Origin: Candidatus Eiseniibacteriota bacterium | GTDB lineage: Bacteria; Eisenbacteria; RBG-16-71-46; CAIMUX01; VGJL01 | Assembly: GCA_041946735.1 (NCBI GenBank) | Contig: JBHGAY010000015.1 | Span: forward strand, 32,001-96,000 | DNA length: 64,000 nt | Direction: 5' to 3' | Translations under genes and position numbers: made by a program | Shown: positions 8,134 to 18,014 of the stretch, piece by piece | How the letters are laid out: every line of letters starts with the position of its first letter | Numbering within the stretch: position 1 is the stretch's first letter | Notes under the pieces: generated by a model | Database searches by the model: none | What the model was told of the DNA's origin: nothing | What the model saw: the letters and a program-made list of their open reading frames with translations, nothing else

Positions 8134-9963
8134 ATGCAGGATCAAGAGATCGCGCAACAGGCCCGTGCCCTGGACGAGGCCTCTCGAGAGCTGTACCGCA
8201 TCCGGCACTCGCTCGCGCACGTTCTCGCGCAAGCGGTGCTGGAGATTCGCCCGGGGGCGAAGCTCGGGTTCGGTCCGCCCGTCGAGAACGGGTTCTACTA
8301 CGACTTCGAGTTTCCCGAGCCGATCACCGCCGAGGATCTTCCGAAGCTCGAGAAGCGGATGCGGGAGATTCTGCGCCGCAAGGTCCCGTTCGAGCGCGAG
8401 GAGATGCGGTCGACCGACGCGATCGAAAGGATCGCCGGGTTGGCGCAACCGTTCAAGCTCGAAGCGGCTCGAGATCTGGCCGCGAAGGGGATCGACACGA
8501 TCTCCTTCTACACGAGTGGGCCGTTCCTCGACATGTGCGAGGGCCCGCACGTCGCCGACACCTCCCAGATTCCGGCAGACGCCTTCCGCCTCGACTCGAT
8601 CGCCGGAGCGTATTGGCGCGGCGACGAGAAGAACCCGATGCTCACCCGCATCTACGGCCTCGCCTTCCGGACCAAGGAAGAGCTGGAGGCGTTCATCGAG
8701 CGGCGCCGCATCGCGATGGAGCGCGACCACCGCAAGCTGGGGCGCGAGCTGGACATCTTCGACATCGACGAGGAGGTCGGCAAGGGGCTGATCCTCTGGC
8801 TTCCGAACGGCACGGTGTTGCGCGACGAGGTCGAGAAGCTCGCGAAGGAGGCGGAGTTCCGCTACGGCTACGACCGCGTCGCGACCCCGCACCTCGCGCA
8901 TCAGGAGCTGTATCTGCGCAGCGGGCATCTTCCTTACTACAAGGACAGCATGTTCCCTCCGATGCGCTGGGAAGAGGAGGGGCGTGAAGAGGTCTTCTAC
9001 CTCAAGCCGATGAACTGCCCGCATCATCACATGATCTACCGCAGCCGCCCGCACTCCTACCGCGATCTGCCGCTGCGCCTTGCGGAATACGGGACCTGCT
9101 ATCGTTTCGAGAAGTCCGGAGAGCTGGCCGGCCTGCTGCGGGTGCGCGGCCTGACGATGAACGACGCGCACATCTACTGCACGCATGAGCAGTCGCTCGC
9201 CGAGGCGATCCTCGTCATGCGCCTCTACAAAGAGCTGTACGACGTGTTCGAGCTGAAGAACTTCACACTCCGCCTCTCGACCCACGATCCTGCGAATCGC
9301 GAGAAGTTCCACCCGGACGAAGCGATCTGGACGGAGACCGAGGCGATCTTGCGGCAGGCGCTCGTGCAGGAGGGGATTCCGTTCGAGGAGGGATTCGGCG
9401 AGGCGGCGTTCTACGGGCCGAAGATCGACGTGCAGTTCGAGAACCTGCTCGGCCGTGAGGAAACCGTCTCGACCGTGCAGCTGGACTATATGGCTGCGGA
9501 GAAGTTCGAGCTGCGCTACATCGACGAGCACGGTCAGGAGGCGAAGCCGGCGGTCATCCATCGCGCGCCGCTCTCCACCCACGAGCGGATGTTGTCATTC
9601 CTGATCGAGCACTACGGCGGGGCATTCCCGACCTGGCTCTCTCCGGTGCAAGTGCGGATCGTCACGATCAACGATGATCTATTGCCGCATGCGTACGGCC
9701 TGCGCGACCGCTTGCGGGCCGAGTACGTTCGCGCCGAGGTCGACGATCTGCCCCACTCCTTCAACAAGAAGATCCGCAACGCCTCGATGCAGAAGATTCC
9801 GATCGTGCTGGTGGTCGGGAGGCGCGAGGCGGAGGCCGGTCAGGTCACTGTCCGCCGTTACAAGAGGACAGAGCAACGGACGATGCCGTTCGAGGAGTTC
9901 TTCGCCGAGCTGCGCGAGGAGATCCGGCGGCGGATCCACGTGAAGGGGGAGGAAGGTGACTGA
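8134..9963 (+). CDS. thrS: Threonine--tRNA ligase (lacking N-terminal TGS domain)
   Basis: RHSLAHVLAQA, DMCEGPHV, RDHRKLG, KPMNCP, GLLRVR, FYGPKID, IHRAPL motifs. Confidence 0.97.
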   Translation: MQDQEIAQQARALDEASRELYRIRHSLAHVLAQAVLEIRPGAKLGFGPPVENGFYYDFEFPEPITAEDLPKLEKRMREILRRKVPFEREEMRSTDAIERIAGLAQPFKLEAARDLAAKGIDTISFYTSGPFLDMCEGPHVADTSQIPADAFRLDSIAGAYWRGDEKNPMLTRIYGLAFRTKEELEAFIERRRIAMERDHRKLGRELDIFDIDEEVGKGLILWLPNGTVLRDEVEKLAKEAEFRYGYDRVATPHLAHQELYLRSGHLPYYKDSMFPPMRWEEEGREEVFYLKPMNCPHHHMIYRSRPHSYRDLPLRLAEYGTCYRFEKSGELAGLLRVRGLTMNDAHIYCTHEQSLAEAILVMRLYKELYDVFELKNFTLRLSTHDPANREKFHPDEAIWTETEAILRQALVQEGIPFEEGFGEAAFYGPKIDVQFENLLGREETVSTVQLDYMAAEKFELRYIDEHGQEAKPAVIHRAPLSTHERMLSFLIEHYGGAFPTWLSPVQVRIVTINDDLLPHAYGLRDRLRAEYVRAEVDDLPHSFNKKIRNASMQKIPIVLVVGRREAEAGQVTVRRYKRTEQRTMPFEEFFAELREEIRRRIHVKGEEGD

Positions 9964-10282
9964 GACGGGCTGCCGGGCCGCCGCTCGGATATGCCCGTCT
10001 GACCTTCCGCCCGAACCGCCGCTGCACTGATCGCGCCGTCGATTCGAGGAGTGCCGGCCGCACCCTCCTCCCCGCGCCTTGCGGCGTCTCTCCCTCCTCC
10101 CTGCGCTTCCGACGTCTCTTCCTCATCCGTGTCCCGAATCCGTCCACCGCACATCCGCCGGACGTTCGTCCCCCAAGCTCGCGAAAGTGATAGAATTCAC
10201 CGAACGCAAACGCACCCGAGGCCGCTCCGCATCCGGCCTCCTGCGCACCTGCGAGCTTCCACCCTCAGCCGGGAGGTTCTCG

Positions 10283-13200
10283 ATGCCGCGAGCGGTCGGC
10301 CGCCTACTTGCCCTGTTCTGCTTTCTCCTGTTTTCCCTGATGCTTGCGCCCCGCGCGGGGGCGGTGCTGGCGACGCCGGAAGAGATGGAGGCGGTCGCCC
10401 GCAACTGGATGGCCCTCACCGTCCAGCAGGCCGGAGACTGGGGGGGATCGGAGCGGCCGGAGATCGCTGGCATGCGGGAGATCCGCTCGGGAGGACGTCT
10501 TCTCGGGCGCGTGTACTCCATCAGTCCCACCGGTCACATCGCCGTCCCGGTGCTGAAGGAGTTGCCGCCGGTGAAGTGTTACTCCGAGAAGTACGACCTC
10601 GATCCGGGGGAGCCCGACGGCTTCCCGCGCCTGCTCCGCGAGGCCCTCGGCTCGATGCTCGATCTGTACGAGGCGACCTACGGAAGCTTGGACGCGAGCC
10701 AGCCGTCTGGAACGGAGACGCTCCTGGGGGAGGAGCACCGCCAGCAGTGGGATGGCCTGTTGCTCGCCCAGCCGGTCTTCCAGCGGGACCTCGAGGGCGG
10801 GCGCTTCCAGCCGCTCCTGGACTACGGTCCGCTCCTGTCCACCGAATGGCACCAGAGCTTTCCGTACAACCTCCTCTGCCCGCAAGGGGACGGCGGGCAG
10901 TGCGTCGTCGGTTGCGTCGCGACCGCCGCCGCGCAGGTCCTCCGGTACTATCAGTGGCCGCCGATCGGCCTCGGCGAATCCCAGTACTACTGGGAGGGAG
11001 ACGACTCGTGCGGCGGCGGCTCGCAGGGCGACTGGCTCTACGCGGACTTCTCCGACCCGTTCGACTGGCAGAACATGCCGGCAGACTGCGACGGCGGCTG
11101 CACGCAGCAGCAGCGCGCGGCGCTCTCGGAGCTCTGCTACGAGGTCGGCGTGGCGTTCCAGATGGACTACGGGGTTTGTGGCTCCGGCGCGTATACGAGC
11201 GAGGCGATCACCGTCCTGCCCCAATACTTCCGCTACGACGACACGATCACCGAGGAGCGCCGCAACAGCTACTCGGCGTCCGGATGGTCTCAGATGATCC
11301 GGGACGAAGTAGCGGCCGGGCGTCCGATGCTCTACGCATTCCGCTTTAGCGCGAACGAGGGGCACGCGGTGGTCTGCGACGGATGGCGGCTTTCCGGAGG
11401 CGAGGAGCAGTACCACATCAACTACGGCTGGGGCGGGTCGTTCAGCGCCTGGTACGCGATCGATCACCTCTACCATACCGACGATCCCATGCAGGAGGTT
11501 CTGTATCGCGGGATCCGTCCGTCGCCGGGGATGCGCTTCACGGTAGCGCCGGACGGCGGCGGGGATTACGCGACGATCCAGGCCGCGATCGACGTCTCGC
11601 TCGACGGCGACACGATCGAGCTGCTCGACGGCCTCTACAGGGGCGACGGCAACCGCGATCTCGTCTTCGGCGGTCGCGAGATCACTGTTCGCTCGCGCAG
11701 CGATCATCCGGAGGATTGCACGATCGACTGCGAGGGGAATCCCGGCGCCCACCGGGCCTTCCTTTTCACCTCCGGCGAGACGGCGGAGGCGCGCATCCGC
11801 GGTGTCACCATCACCGGCGGCTACCCGGGGATCGGGCAGAGCGGCGGCGCGATCCTCTGCTCCAACGGGGCCTCTCCCGTGATCGAGAACTGCGTCTTCG
11901 AGGGCAACGAGGTCGCGAGCGGGGCGGGCGGCGGAGCGATCGCGTGCGCGGGAGCGGGCGCGAGCCCCCGCCTGGTCTCGTGCACCTTCCGCGGGAATCA
12001 AGCGCAGGGACCGCTCGGAGACGGGGGCGCCGTGGCCGCCAGCGGGGCGGGAAGCGCTCCGCTCCTCGATCGCTGCGTCCTGGTCAGGAACACGGCCGGC
12101 AGGCGCGGCGGCGGAATCTCCGCCTCCTCCGGGGCGCATCCCATCGTCACCGGCTGCACGTTTCATGCGAACGGCGCTGCATCTGCACAGGGGGCGGCCG
12201 TCTGGGTGGGAGCTTCGTCAGCCGTCGACCTGGAACGATCGATCCTCGGTTTCGGCGCTTCAGGCGGCGCCGTCGCGTGCGAAGGGGCGGGTGCCAATCC
12301 GAGCCTCTCCTGCTGCGACGTCTATGGCAACGCGGGAGGGGATTGGGTCGGATGCATCGCGGGGCAGTCGGGAATGGCTGGGAACCTCTGCGCCGATCCG
12401 CTCTACTGCGGGATCGAGCAGGAGAACCTGCGCCTGACGGCGGAATCCCCGTGTGCGGAGGAGAACAACCCCGAATGCGGTGGCATCGGGGCGATGCCGG
12501 CGGGGTGCGGCCTCGTCATCGTCCTGGCTGACGGCACCGGCGACTATCCCACCATTCAGGCGGCGATGGACGCAGCGGAGGCCGGATTCGTGGTGGAGCT
12601 GGGCGACGGCGTCTATCGGGGACCGGGCAACCGCGACCTCGATTTCCGCGGCAAGACGCTGATCGTCCGCTCGCGCAGCGGCGATCCGGATTCGTGCGTG
12701 ATCGACTGCCAAGGGACCGCGGCCGAGAACCATCGGGGTTTCGAGTTCCATTCGGGCGAGGGATCGAACGCCATGGTTTCCGGCCTCACGATCCGCAACG
12801 GATACATGTCCACGTACAGCGGCGGCGGCATCTCGTGCACGAACTCCTCGAACCCGACGATCGAAGCCTGCAACCTGTACGACAACCGCTCGGACGTGGG
12901 CGGGGGCGGCCTCTTCTGTTTCCAGTCGCGCCCCACCATCCGGGACTGTACGTTCGCCGGCAACACGGGGGGGAGCGGCGGAGGCGCGTACCTGAACAGC
13001 GGGAGCCAGCCGATCCGGCTCGACCGGTGCACCTTCTCCGGAAATGCCGCCACTGCATTTGGCGGAGCGGTGTTCTGCTACTACGCCGACCTCGTCGCGG
13101 AGAACTGCATCTTCGCATTCAGTTCCCAGGGCAGCGCCTTCTACTGCTTCTACAGCTCGGTCGATCTGCGGTGCTGCGACGTGTTCGGCAACGTGGGCGG

Positions 13201-13690
13201 GGACTACGCGGCATGCATCGCCGGCGAATCGGGTGCGGATCACAACCTGTCGGTCGACCCCCAGTTCTGCGACCGAGCCGGATACGACTTCGGCCTGATG
13301 CCCGGCTCTCCGTGCAACGACGCGGTCTGCGGCCGCATCGGGGCCTGGCCTGTGGGGTGCGGAGTCATGGACGTGGAGGAAGGGGCGGCAGGACTGTCAG
13401 GACCGCCGCTCGATATCGCGGCCCCCGCGCCGAACCCGTTCGCGAGCGTCGCGAGGATTCCTTGCGCCTTCCGCTCCGCGGAGGCGGGTCGCGTCACGTT
13501 ACGGATCTTCGACGCGAGCGGGCGTAGCGTCCGCCAGCTGATCGACGAAGTCCGGCCGGCGGGACGGTGGATCGCCGAGTGGGACGGTCGCAACGACGCC
13601 GGGGACAGGCTCGCCGCGGGCGTCTATCTCGCGCGCCTCGAGGCGCCGGGCGCGGAGGGGCGATCCGTCCGCATCGTCCTGCTGAAGTGA
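10283..13690 (+). CDS. Secreted C10 (streptopain-like) cysteine peptidase with two beta-helix modules and C-terminal FlgD-Ig domain
   Basis: WHQSFPYN, GCVATAAAQV (catalytic Cys), GHAVVCDG, HINYGWGG; PNPF...IFDASGR...WDGRN...AGVYL. Confidence 0.9.
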   Translation: MPRAVGRLLALFCFLLFSLMLAPRAGAVLATPEEMEAVARNWMALTVQQAGDWGGSERPEIAGMREIRSGGRLLGRVYSISPTGHIAVPVLKELPPVKCYSEKYDLDPGEPDGFPRLLREALGSMLDLYEATYGSLDASQPSGTETLLGEEHRQQWDGLLLAQPVFQRDLEGGRFQPLLDYGPLLSTEWHQSFPYNLLCPQGDGGQCVVGCVATAAAQVLRYYQWPPIGLGESQYYWEGDDSCGGGSQGDWLYADFSDPFDWQNMPADCDGGCTQQQRAALSELCYEVGVAFQMDYGVCGSGAYTSEAITVLPQYFRYDDTITEERRNSYSASGWSQMIRDEVAAGRPMLYAFRFSANEGHAVVCDGWRLSGGEEQYHINYGWGGSFSAWYAIDHLYHTDDPMQEVLYRGIRPSPGMRFTVAPDGGGDYATIQAAIDVSLDGDTIELLDGLYRGDGNRDLVFGGREITVRSRSDHPEDCTIDCEGNPGAHRAFLFTSGETAEARIRGVTITGGYPGIGQSGGAILCSNGASPVIENCVFEGNEVASGAGGGAIACAGAGASPRLVSCTFRGNQAQGPLGDGGAVAASGAGSAPLLDRCVLVRNTAGRRGGGISASSGAHPIVTGCTFHANGAASAQGAAVWVGASSAVDLERSILGFGASGGAVACEGAGANPSLSCCDVYGNAGGDWVGCIAGQSGMAGNLCADPLYCGIEQENLRLTAESPCAEENNPECGGIGAMPAGCGLVIVLADGTGDYPTIQAAMDAAEAGFVVELGDGVYRGPGNRDLDFRGKTLIVRSRSGDPDSCVIDCQGTAAENHRGFEFHSGEGSNAMVSGLTIRNGYMSTYSGGGISCTNSSNPTIEACNLYDNRSDVGGGGLFCFQSRPTIRDCTFAGNTGGSGGGAYLNSGSQPIRLDRCTFSGNAATAFGGAVFCYYADLVAENCIFAFSSQGSAFYCFYSSVDLRCCDVFGNVGGDYAACIAGESGADHNLSVDPQFCDRAGYDFGLMPGSPCNDAVCGRIGAWPVGCGVMDVEEGAAGLSGPPLDIAAPAPNPFASVARIPCAFRSAEAGRVTLRIFDASGRSVRQLIDEVRPAGRWIAEWDGRNDAGDRLAAGVYLARLEAPGAEGRSVRIVLLK

Positions 13691-13792
13691 GTCGGTGGAG
13701 GCGCAGCGGCGGGTCGGCTCGTGCCTTGCGCCCGACGGCCCTCGGCGAGCGAGGGACGGGGAGGCGCTAAGCCTCCCCGTCGTGTTCGGCGC

Positions 13793-14194
13793 CTACAGCT
13801 GGCTCGTGCAGGACCGGCACTTCTTGGCGCCGGCGGGGATGACGTCCATGCAGTAGGGGCACTCCTTCGTGGGTGGACCCGGAGGAGGCGGAGCAGGCTT
13901 CAGGAACGTCCTCGTGATCTGGAAAACCACAAACCCGATGATCAGCAGATCGATCACGTTTCCGAGGAACGACCCGACCATGAGGGCGTTCTTTGCCGTT
14001 CCGTCCGGGTTGTGGCTGAGCGTGATCGCCCAGGTCCGCCATCCGCCACCGGGTAGGATCAGGCCGATCACCGGCATGAGAAGATCGCCGACGATCGAAG
14101 TCACGACCTTCCCGACGGCGGCGCCGATGATCACGCCGATGGCGAGCGCGAGGGCGTTCGACTTGAAGAGGAACGCCTGAAACTCCTTCCACAT
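13793..14194 (-). CDS. mscL: Large-conductance mechanosensitive channel with C-terminal zinc ribbon
   Basis: MWKEFQAF, LAIGVIIGAA, GSFL; CPYC...CRSC tail; GGAGG RBS. Confidence 0.9.
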   Translation of the reverse strand: MWKEFQAFLFKSNALALAIGVIIGAAVGKVVTSIVGDLLMPVIGLILPGGGWRTWAITLSHNPDGTAKNALMVGSFLGNVIDLLIIGFVVFQITRTFLKPAPPPPGPPTKECPYCMDVIPAGAKKCRSCTSQL

Positions 14195-14778
14195 AGTCCA
14201 CCTCCCAAACGTTCGACCCATCGCGACAGTCAGACGGGACGCACCGTTCATACGCCCAGCCCGGAAGCCTGGCAAGCGTTCGTTTGGCGCCGGTCTCGGC
14301 CTGCGCTCGAGGAGGAGCGGGCTGGAGGGGGAACGCGGCCGCGGGCGAGCCGCCGGCCACGTGAGACGCGGCGACCGACAACACGCCCCAGCCTGGCGCG
14401 ACGGCCGGGCCGGCTATCAGCCAGAAGGAGGGATCGAGATCGTTTCGTCCGCGGGCCGGGCCTGCGGAGCACGATCCAGGGGCGCCGCGACAGGAAGGGC
14501 GCAGCCATGTGAGGACGGCGCAGAAAGCGCCCCGCCACGTGCCGACTCCCTCGACGCTTTGTTCGGATTGACTCCGTTTCGCCGTATGTGAGACGTTTTC
14601 TCCAACGGGGCATGCACGATCGTTCGTGAATGATAAAGGTGATGGCAGAATGTTGGACCGAAGAATGGATCGTGGGTCCCGTTCGGCTCTTCGCTGCCAT
14701 CGCGCGGGGATTGATGCGCAAGTGATGCATTCCCCTCGACCGGTTCCGGCCGGCCTCGCAGGAGGAAGGAGTGATCCC

Positions 14779-15225
14779 GTGAAGCGCTTCTGGCCCAGCC
14801 TGATTCTCGCCATCATCCTGCCGGTTCTCGGTTGCGGCGGCGGAAACCGCGGCGATGAGAACGCGTCTGCGACGGAGCGCGGAACGACGGCCGATACGAC
14901 GGCGGTCAACGACACGAACCGGGTCTACACCCAGGACGAGATGACCGCGTACAGGACGCAGGTGACGCAAGACCTCCAGAATATGAATCAGCAGCTGACG
15001 CAGATGCGATCCCGCATGGCGAACATGACGTCCTCGGCGCAAGCCGACATGCAGCAGCAGCTCGACCGAATCCAAACGGAGCGCCAGACGATTCAGGCCC
15101 GCGTGGACTCGTTGGAGACGGCCACCGGGACGCAGTGGACAAGGATCCGGATCCGGGTCGACCAGGACCTGAAGAACCTGCGCGCGGATCTCGAGGACGC
15201 GGGCGACAAGCTGCAATCGCAATAG
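14779..15225 (+). CDS. Hypothetical coiled-coil lipoprotein
   Basis: GTG start after GGAG; VLGC lipobox; Q/M-rich helical body. Confidence 0.75.
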   Translation: MKRFWPSLILAIILPVLGCGGGNRGDENASATERGTTADTTAVNDTNRVYTQDEMTAYRTQVTQDLQNMNQQLTQMRSRMANMTSSAQADMQQQLDRIQTERQTIQARVDSLETATGTQWTRIRIRVDQDLKNLRADLEDAGDKLQSQ

Positions 15226-15353
15226 CCGGCCGGCGGGAAGTGGCGGCCGCCCAGTGCCTCGCAGAAAGGAATTCGGCCGATCCCGGTGCGGCGCGCCGGT
15301 CCTCGCCGGCACCTCGCCCGGGATCGAGCCCAAGGCCTGACAGTGGAGGGTCG

Positions 15354-15767
15354 ATGGAGGGGTATCACGAGCCGTACGAGATCCTCGGTCCCGAGACGAG
15401 CGATCTCCACCGGGCATTGACAAGCCTGAAAGAGGAGATCGAGGCGATCGACTGGTACCACCAGCGGGTCGTCGCCGCGCATGACCCCGCCCTCCGGGAC
15501 GTCCTTACCCACAATCGGGACGAGGAGATCGAGCACGCGACGATGGTGCTCGAGTGGCTCCGGCGCAACATGCCCGGATGGGACCGAGCTCTTCGCGCCT
15601 ATCTGTTCCGGGAGGAGCCAATCACCGAGATCGAGGAGGAGGACAAGGCAGGTGGGGAGCGCCGTGAGGCCGATCTCACATCGCCGGCCCCCTCCCAGGG
15701 ATCGGTCCGGCATGGACGGCAGCCGATCCCCGACCTTGGAATCGGCAAGCTCCAAGAGGAGGCGTGA
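15354..15767 (+). CDS. Encapsulin-associated ferritin-like protein (EncFtn/Flp)
   Basis: YHEP, SLKEEIEAIDWYHQR, HNRDEEIEH, LEWLRR; C-terminal LGIGKL targeting peptide. Confidence 0.93.
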   Translation: MEGYHEPYEILGPETSDLHRALTSLKEEIEAIDWYHQRVVAAHDPALRDVLTHNRDEEIEHATMVLEWLRRNMPGWDRALRAYLFREEPITEIEEEDKAGGERREADLTSPAPSQGSVRHGRQPIPDLGIGKLQEEA

Positions 15768-16571
15768 GTGGACATTCTCAAGCGGGCTCTCGCTCCCATC
15801 ACCGACCTCGCCTGGACCGAAATCGAAGCGGTCACTGCGAGCGCGCTTCGTACGCACATGATCGGCCGCCGGATCGTCGACGTCAGCGGACCCCACGGGT
15901 GGGACTTCGCCGCGATCGGTCTCGGCCGCCTGGACGTCGACCGGCAAAGCCTCGACGAGGTCTATTTCGGCGTCCATCAGGTGCAGCCGCTGGTCGAAGT
16001 ACGTGTTCCCTTTTCGCTCGGGATCTGGGAGCTGGACAACGTGACGCGCGGCGCCGCCGACGTCGATCTGACGGCTGCGATCGACGCGGCGAAGCGGATC
16101 GCCGACTTCGAGGACGGCGCGATCTTCAACGGCTTCGAGAAGGCGAAGATCCAGGGTCTGCTTCACGCCTCTCCGCATCCCGCGATTGCCGTTCGACCGG
16201 ACTCGGGGTCGCTCCTGGAGGGCGTTTCGAAGGCGCTCCTGGCGCTTCTCGACGCCGCGGTGCAAGGCCCCTACGTCCTCGTCCTCGGCCCGCGCCTCTT
16301 TCAGACGCTCGCCAACACTGCCTCCGGCTATCCGTTGCGCAAGCAGGTGGAGCAGCTCCTCGAAGGGAAAGCCATCTACCGGTCCGTGATCGAGGGAGGC
16401 GCGCTCGTCTCGAAGCGCGGGGGAGATCTGGAGCTCACGATCGGGCAGGACATCTCCCTCGGATATGAATCACACGACACCAAACAGGTCCGCCTCTACC
16501 TGACCGAATCGTTCACGTTCCGGATTCTCGACCCTTCGGTCGCCGTACCGCTCACGCTCGCTTCCTCGTAG
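15768..16571 (+). CDS. Family 1 encapsulin shell protein (linocin M18)
   Basis: MDILKRALAPI, GRRIVDVSGPHG, ELDNVTRGA, FEDGAIFNG, IGQDISLGY, ESFTFR. Confidence 0.95.
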   Translation: MDILKRALAPITDLAWTEIEAVTASALRTHMIGRRIVDVSGPHGWDFAAIGLGRLDVDRQSLDEVYFGVHQVQPLVEVRVPFSLGIWELDNVTRGAADVDLTAAIDAAKRIADFEDGAIFNGFEKAKIQGLLHASPHPAIAVRPDSGSLLEGVSKALLALLDAAVQGPYVLVLGPRLFQTLANTASGYPLRKQVEQLLEGKAIYRSVIEGGALVSKRGGDLELTIGQDISLGYESHDTKQVRLYLTESFTFRILDPSVAVPLTLASS

Positions 16572-16838
16572 CCGGCGTTCCCGTCCGGCCTCCAAAGAGG
16601 TCTCCGCCGCAGCGGATACCTTTCCTCTCGCGCCTCCCGGCGGCGCGGGCACTGCTTGCGCGAGCGGCAGCCCCCCATTCCCCGGGCGCTCGCGCAACGG
16701 TTGAATGCGCCGACATTCGGGCGACGAACTTGCCAGTGTGCGACACCACGTAAAGGCGAGCGAGCTTCGTAATAGCCGGGATTACATGAGATCGCATAGA
16801 CCGATTCATGTACGTTTTCGTCATCTTGAAACACGAAA

Positions 16839-16854
16839 GGGCCGTCAGGTTGCG
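16839..16854 (+). promoter_or_regulatory. Candidate sigma54 promoter upstream of lmo0937-like gene
   Basis: GGGCCGT-CAGG-TTGCG (GG-N10-GC with TTGC). Confidence 0.4.
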
Positions 16855-16982
16855 ATCTGCTGTTGCCGGGCGCGATTTGAACCTCGACAATGAGGAAAGA
16901 AGGACCGGGTTTCCCTCGCAGATAGGCCGCGACGGCCTAGGCCGATGCGATTGGCCGATCGACCTATTCCCAGGAGGAAGAC

Positions 16983-17132
16983 ATGCTGTGGACAATCTTC
17001 GTGATCTTGCTGGTTCTCTGGCTGCTCGGGATGGTGAGCTCCTATACCCTCGGCGGCTTCATCCATATCTTGCTCGTGCTTGCGATCGTCGTTCTCCTGA
17101 TCCGGGTGATCTCAGGTCGAAGGGTCGTGTAG
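16983..17132 (+). CDS. lmo0937 family (DUF5670) 49-aa membrane protein, not in ORF track
   Basis: MLWTIFVILLVLWLLGMVSSYTLGGFIHILLVLAIVVLLIRVISGRRVV; AGGAGG RBS. Confidence 0.9.
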   Translation: MLWTIFVILLVLWLLGMVSSYTLGGFIHILLVLAIVVLLIRVISGRRVV

Positions 17133-17458
17133 CGGCTCGTCATCGGCTTCGATGATCCGCTTGGTGGCCGCCTTGCGGACGCGAACGCCAGGAGATCGGC
17201 CGGAGTGGCGAGCGCCCTCCGGTCGATCGGCGTCTCCCTGCACGTCCTTTCTCCCCGCACGCCCTTTCTCTCTGCACGACCCTTTCTTCTCGCGCGGCTC
17301 TCCCCGCACGACGGTTCCTCCCCGCGCGACCATTTCTTATCTGAGCGCCGCGAAGCCCCTCCGGGCGCCGGCGGGCCGGCCATCCCGTCCTCGGGAGGGA
17401 GTCCGCATCCGCCCGGTGGCGCGCCTTCGTGCTGTAGAATCGACCTGGGAGGTTTCCG

Positions 17459-17956
17459 ATGGAGTTCGTGCCGTCTCGAGCGCAAGCGCACCTCGTCGTC
17501 GCCGCTGTCCGTGTGCTCAGCCATACGAAGAAACGCCCTCCGACCGCCGAGGAAATGTCCGAGCTTCTCGGGATCGGACGGGAGGTCATCCTGCATCTCG
17601 CCCGGGGTCTGGAGGCGAAGCAGATCCTTCGCGCCATCCAGAACCCGTTCGAGCTGCGATGGGATCTCGAAGATCCCAGCCGCATCGACGAGCTTCCGAT
17701 GGCCGCCTCGGGACCGGACATGGGACGCGAAATCGAGGACTTCCACCGGCGGGCCGAGGACCGGCAGAAGAAAATCGAGCGAATGATGCGGGACACGGAC
17801 CCGGAGAGGTCCTCGCGCGAGAAGGCGCAGAAGATCGAGGAGGAGTTCCGGCGTTTTCGCTCGGATCGAAGCAAGCGCTCGATCTTCGGTCCCGCGGGCG
17901 GGAGCGACGGCCGGCCGGAGGAGAATGCGGAGGAGGAAGGGAAGGACCGGGAGTGA
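17459..17956 (+). CDS. Hypothetical protein with winged-HTH-like N-terminus and charged C-terminus
   Basis: RPPTAEEMSELLGI resembles LexA-type HTH; GGAGG RBS; TAGAAT at 17435. Confidence 0.7.
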   Translation: MEFVPSRAQAHLVVAAVRVLSHTKKRPPTAEEMSELLGIGREVILHLARGLEAKQILRAIQNPFELRWDLEDPSRIDELPMAASGPDMGREIEDFHRRAEDRQKKIERMMRDTDPERSSREKAQKIEEEFRRFRSDRSKRSIFGPAGGSDGRPEENAEEEGKDRE

Positions 17957-18014
17957 TGGGTGGCGTTGGAGGAGCGAGAAGGCGATGCGGCCGGCGCGCG
18001 AGAACGCCGAGCGA

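Noticed and set aside
14643..14660. Sigma54-like site upstream of the lipoprotein-encapsulin cluster
   Set aside because: The -12 element lacks the conserved GC; too weak to call
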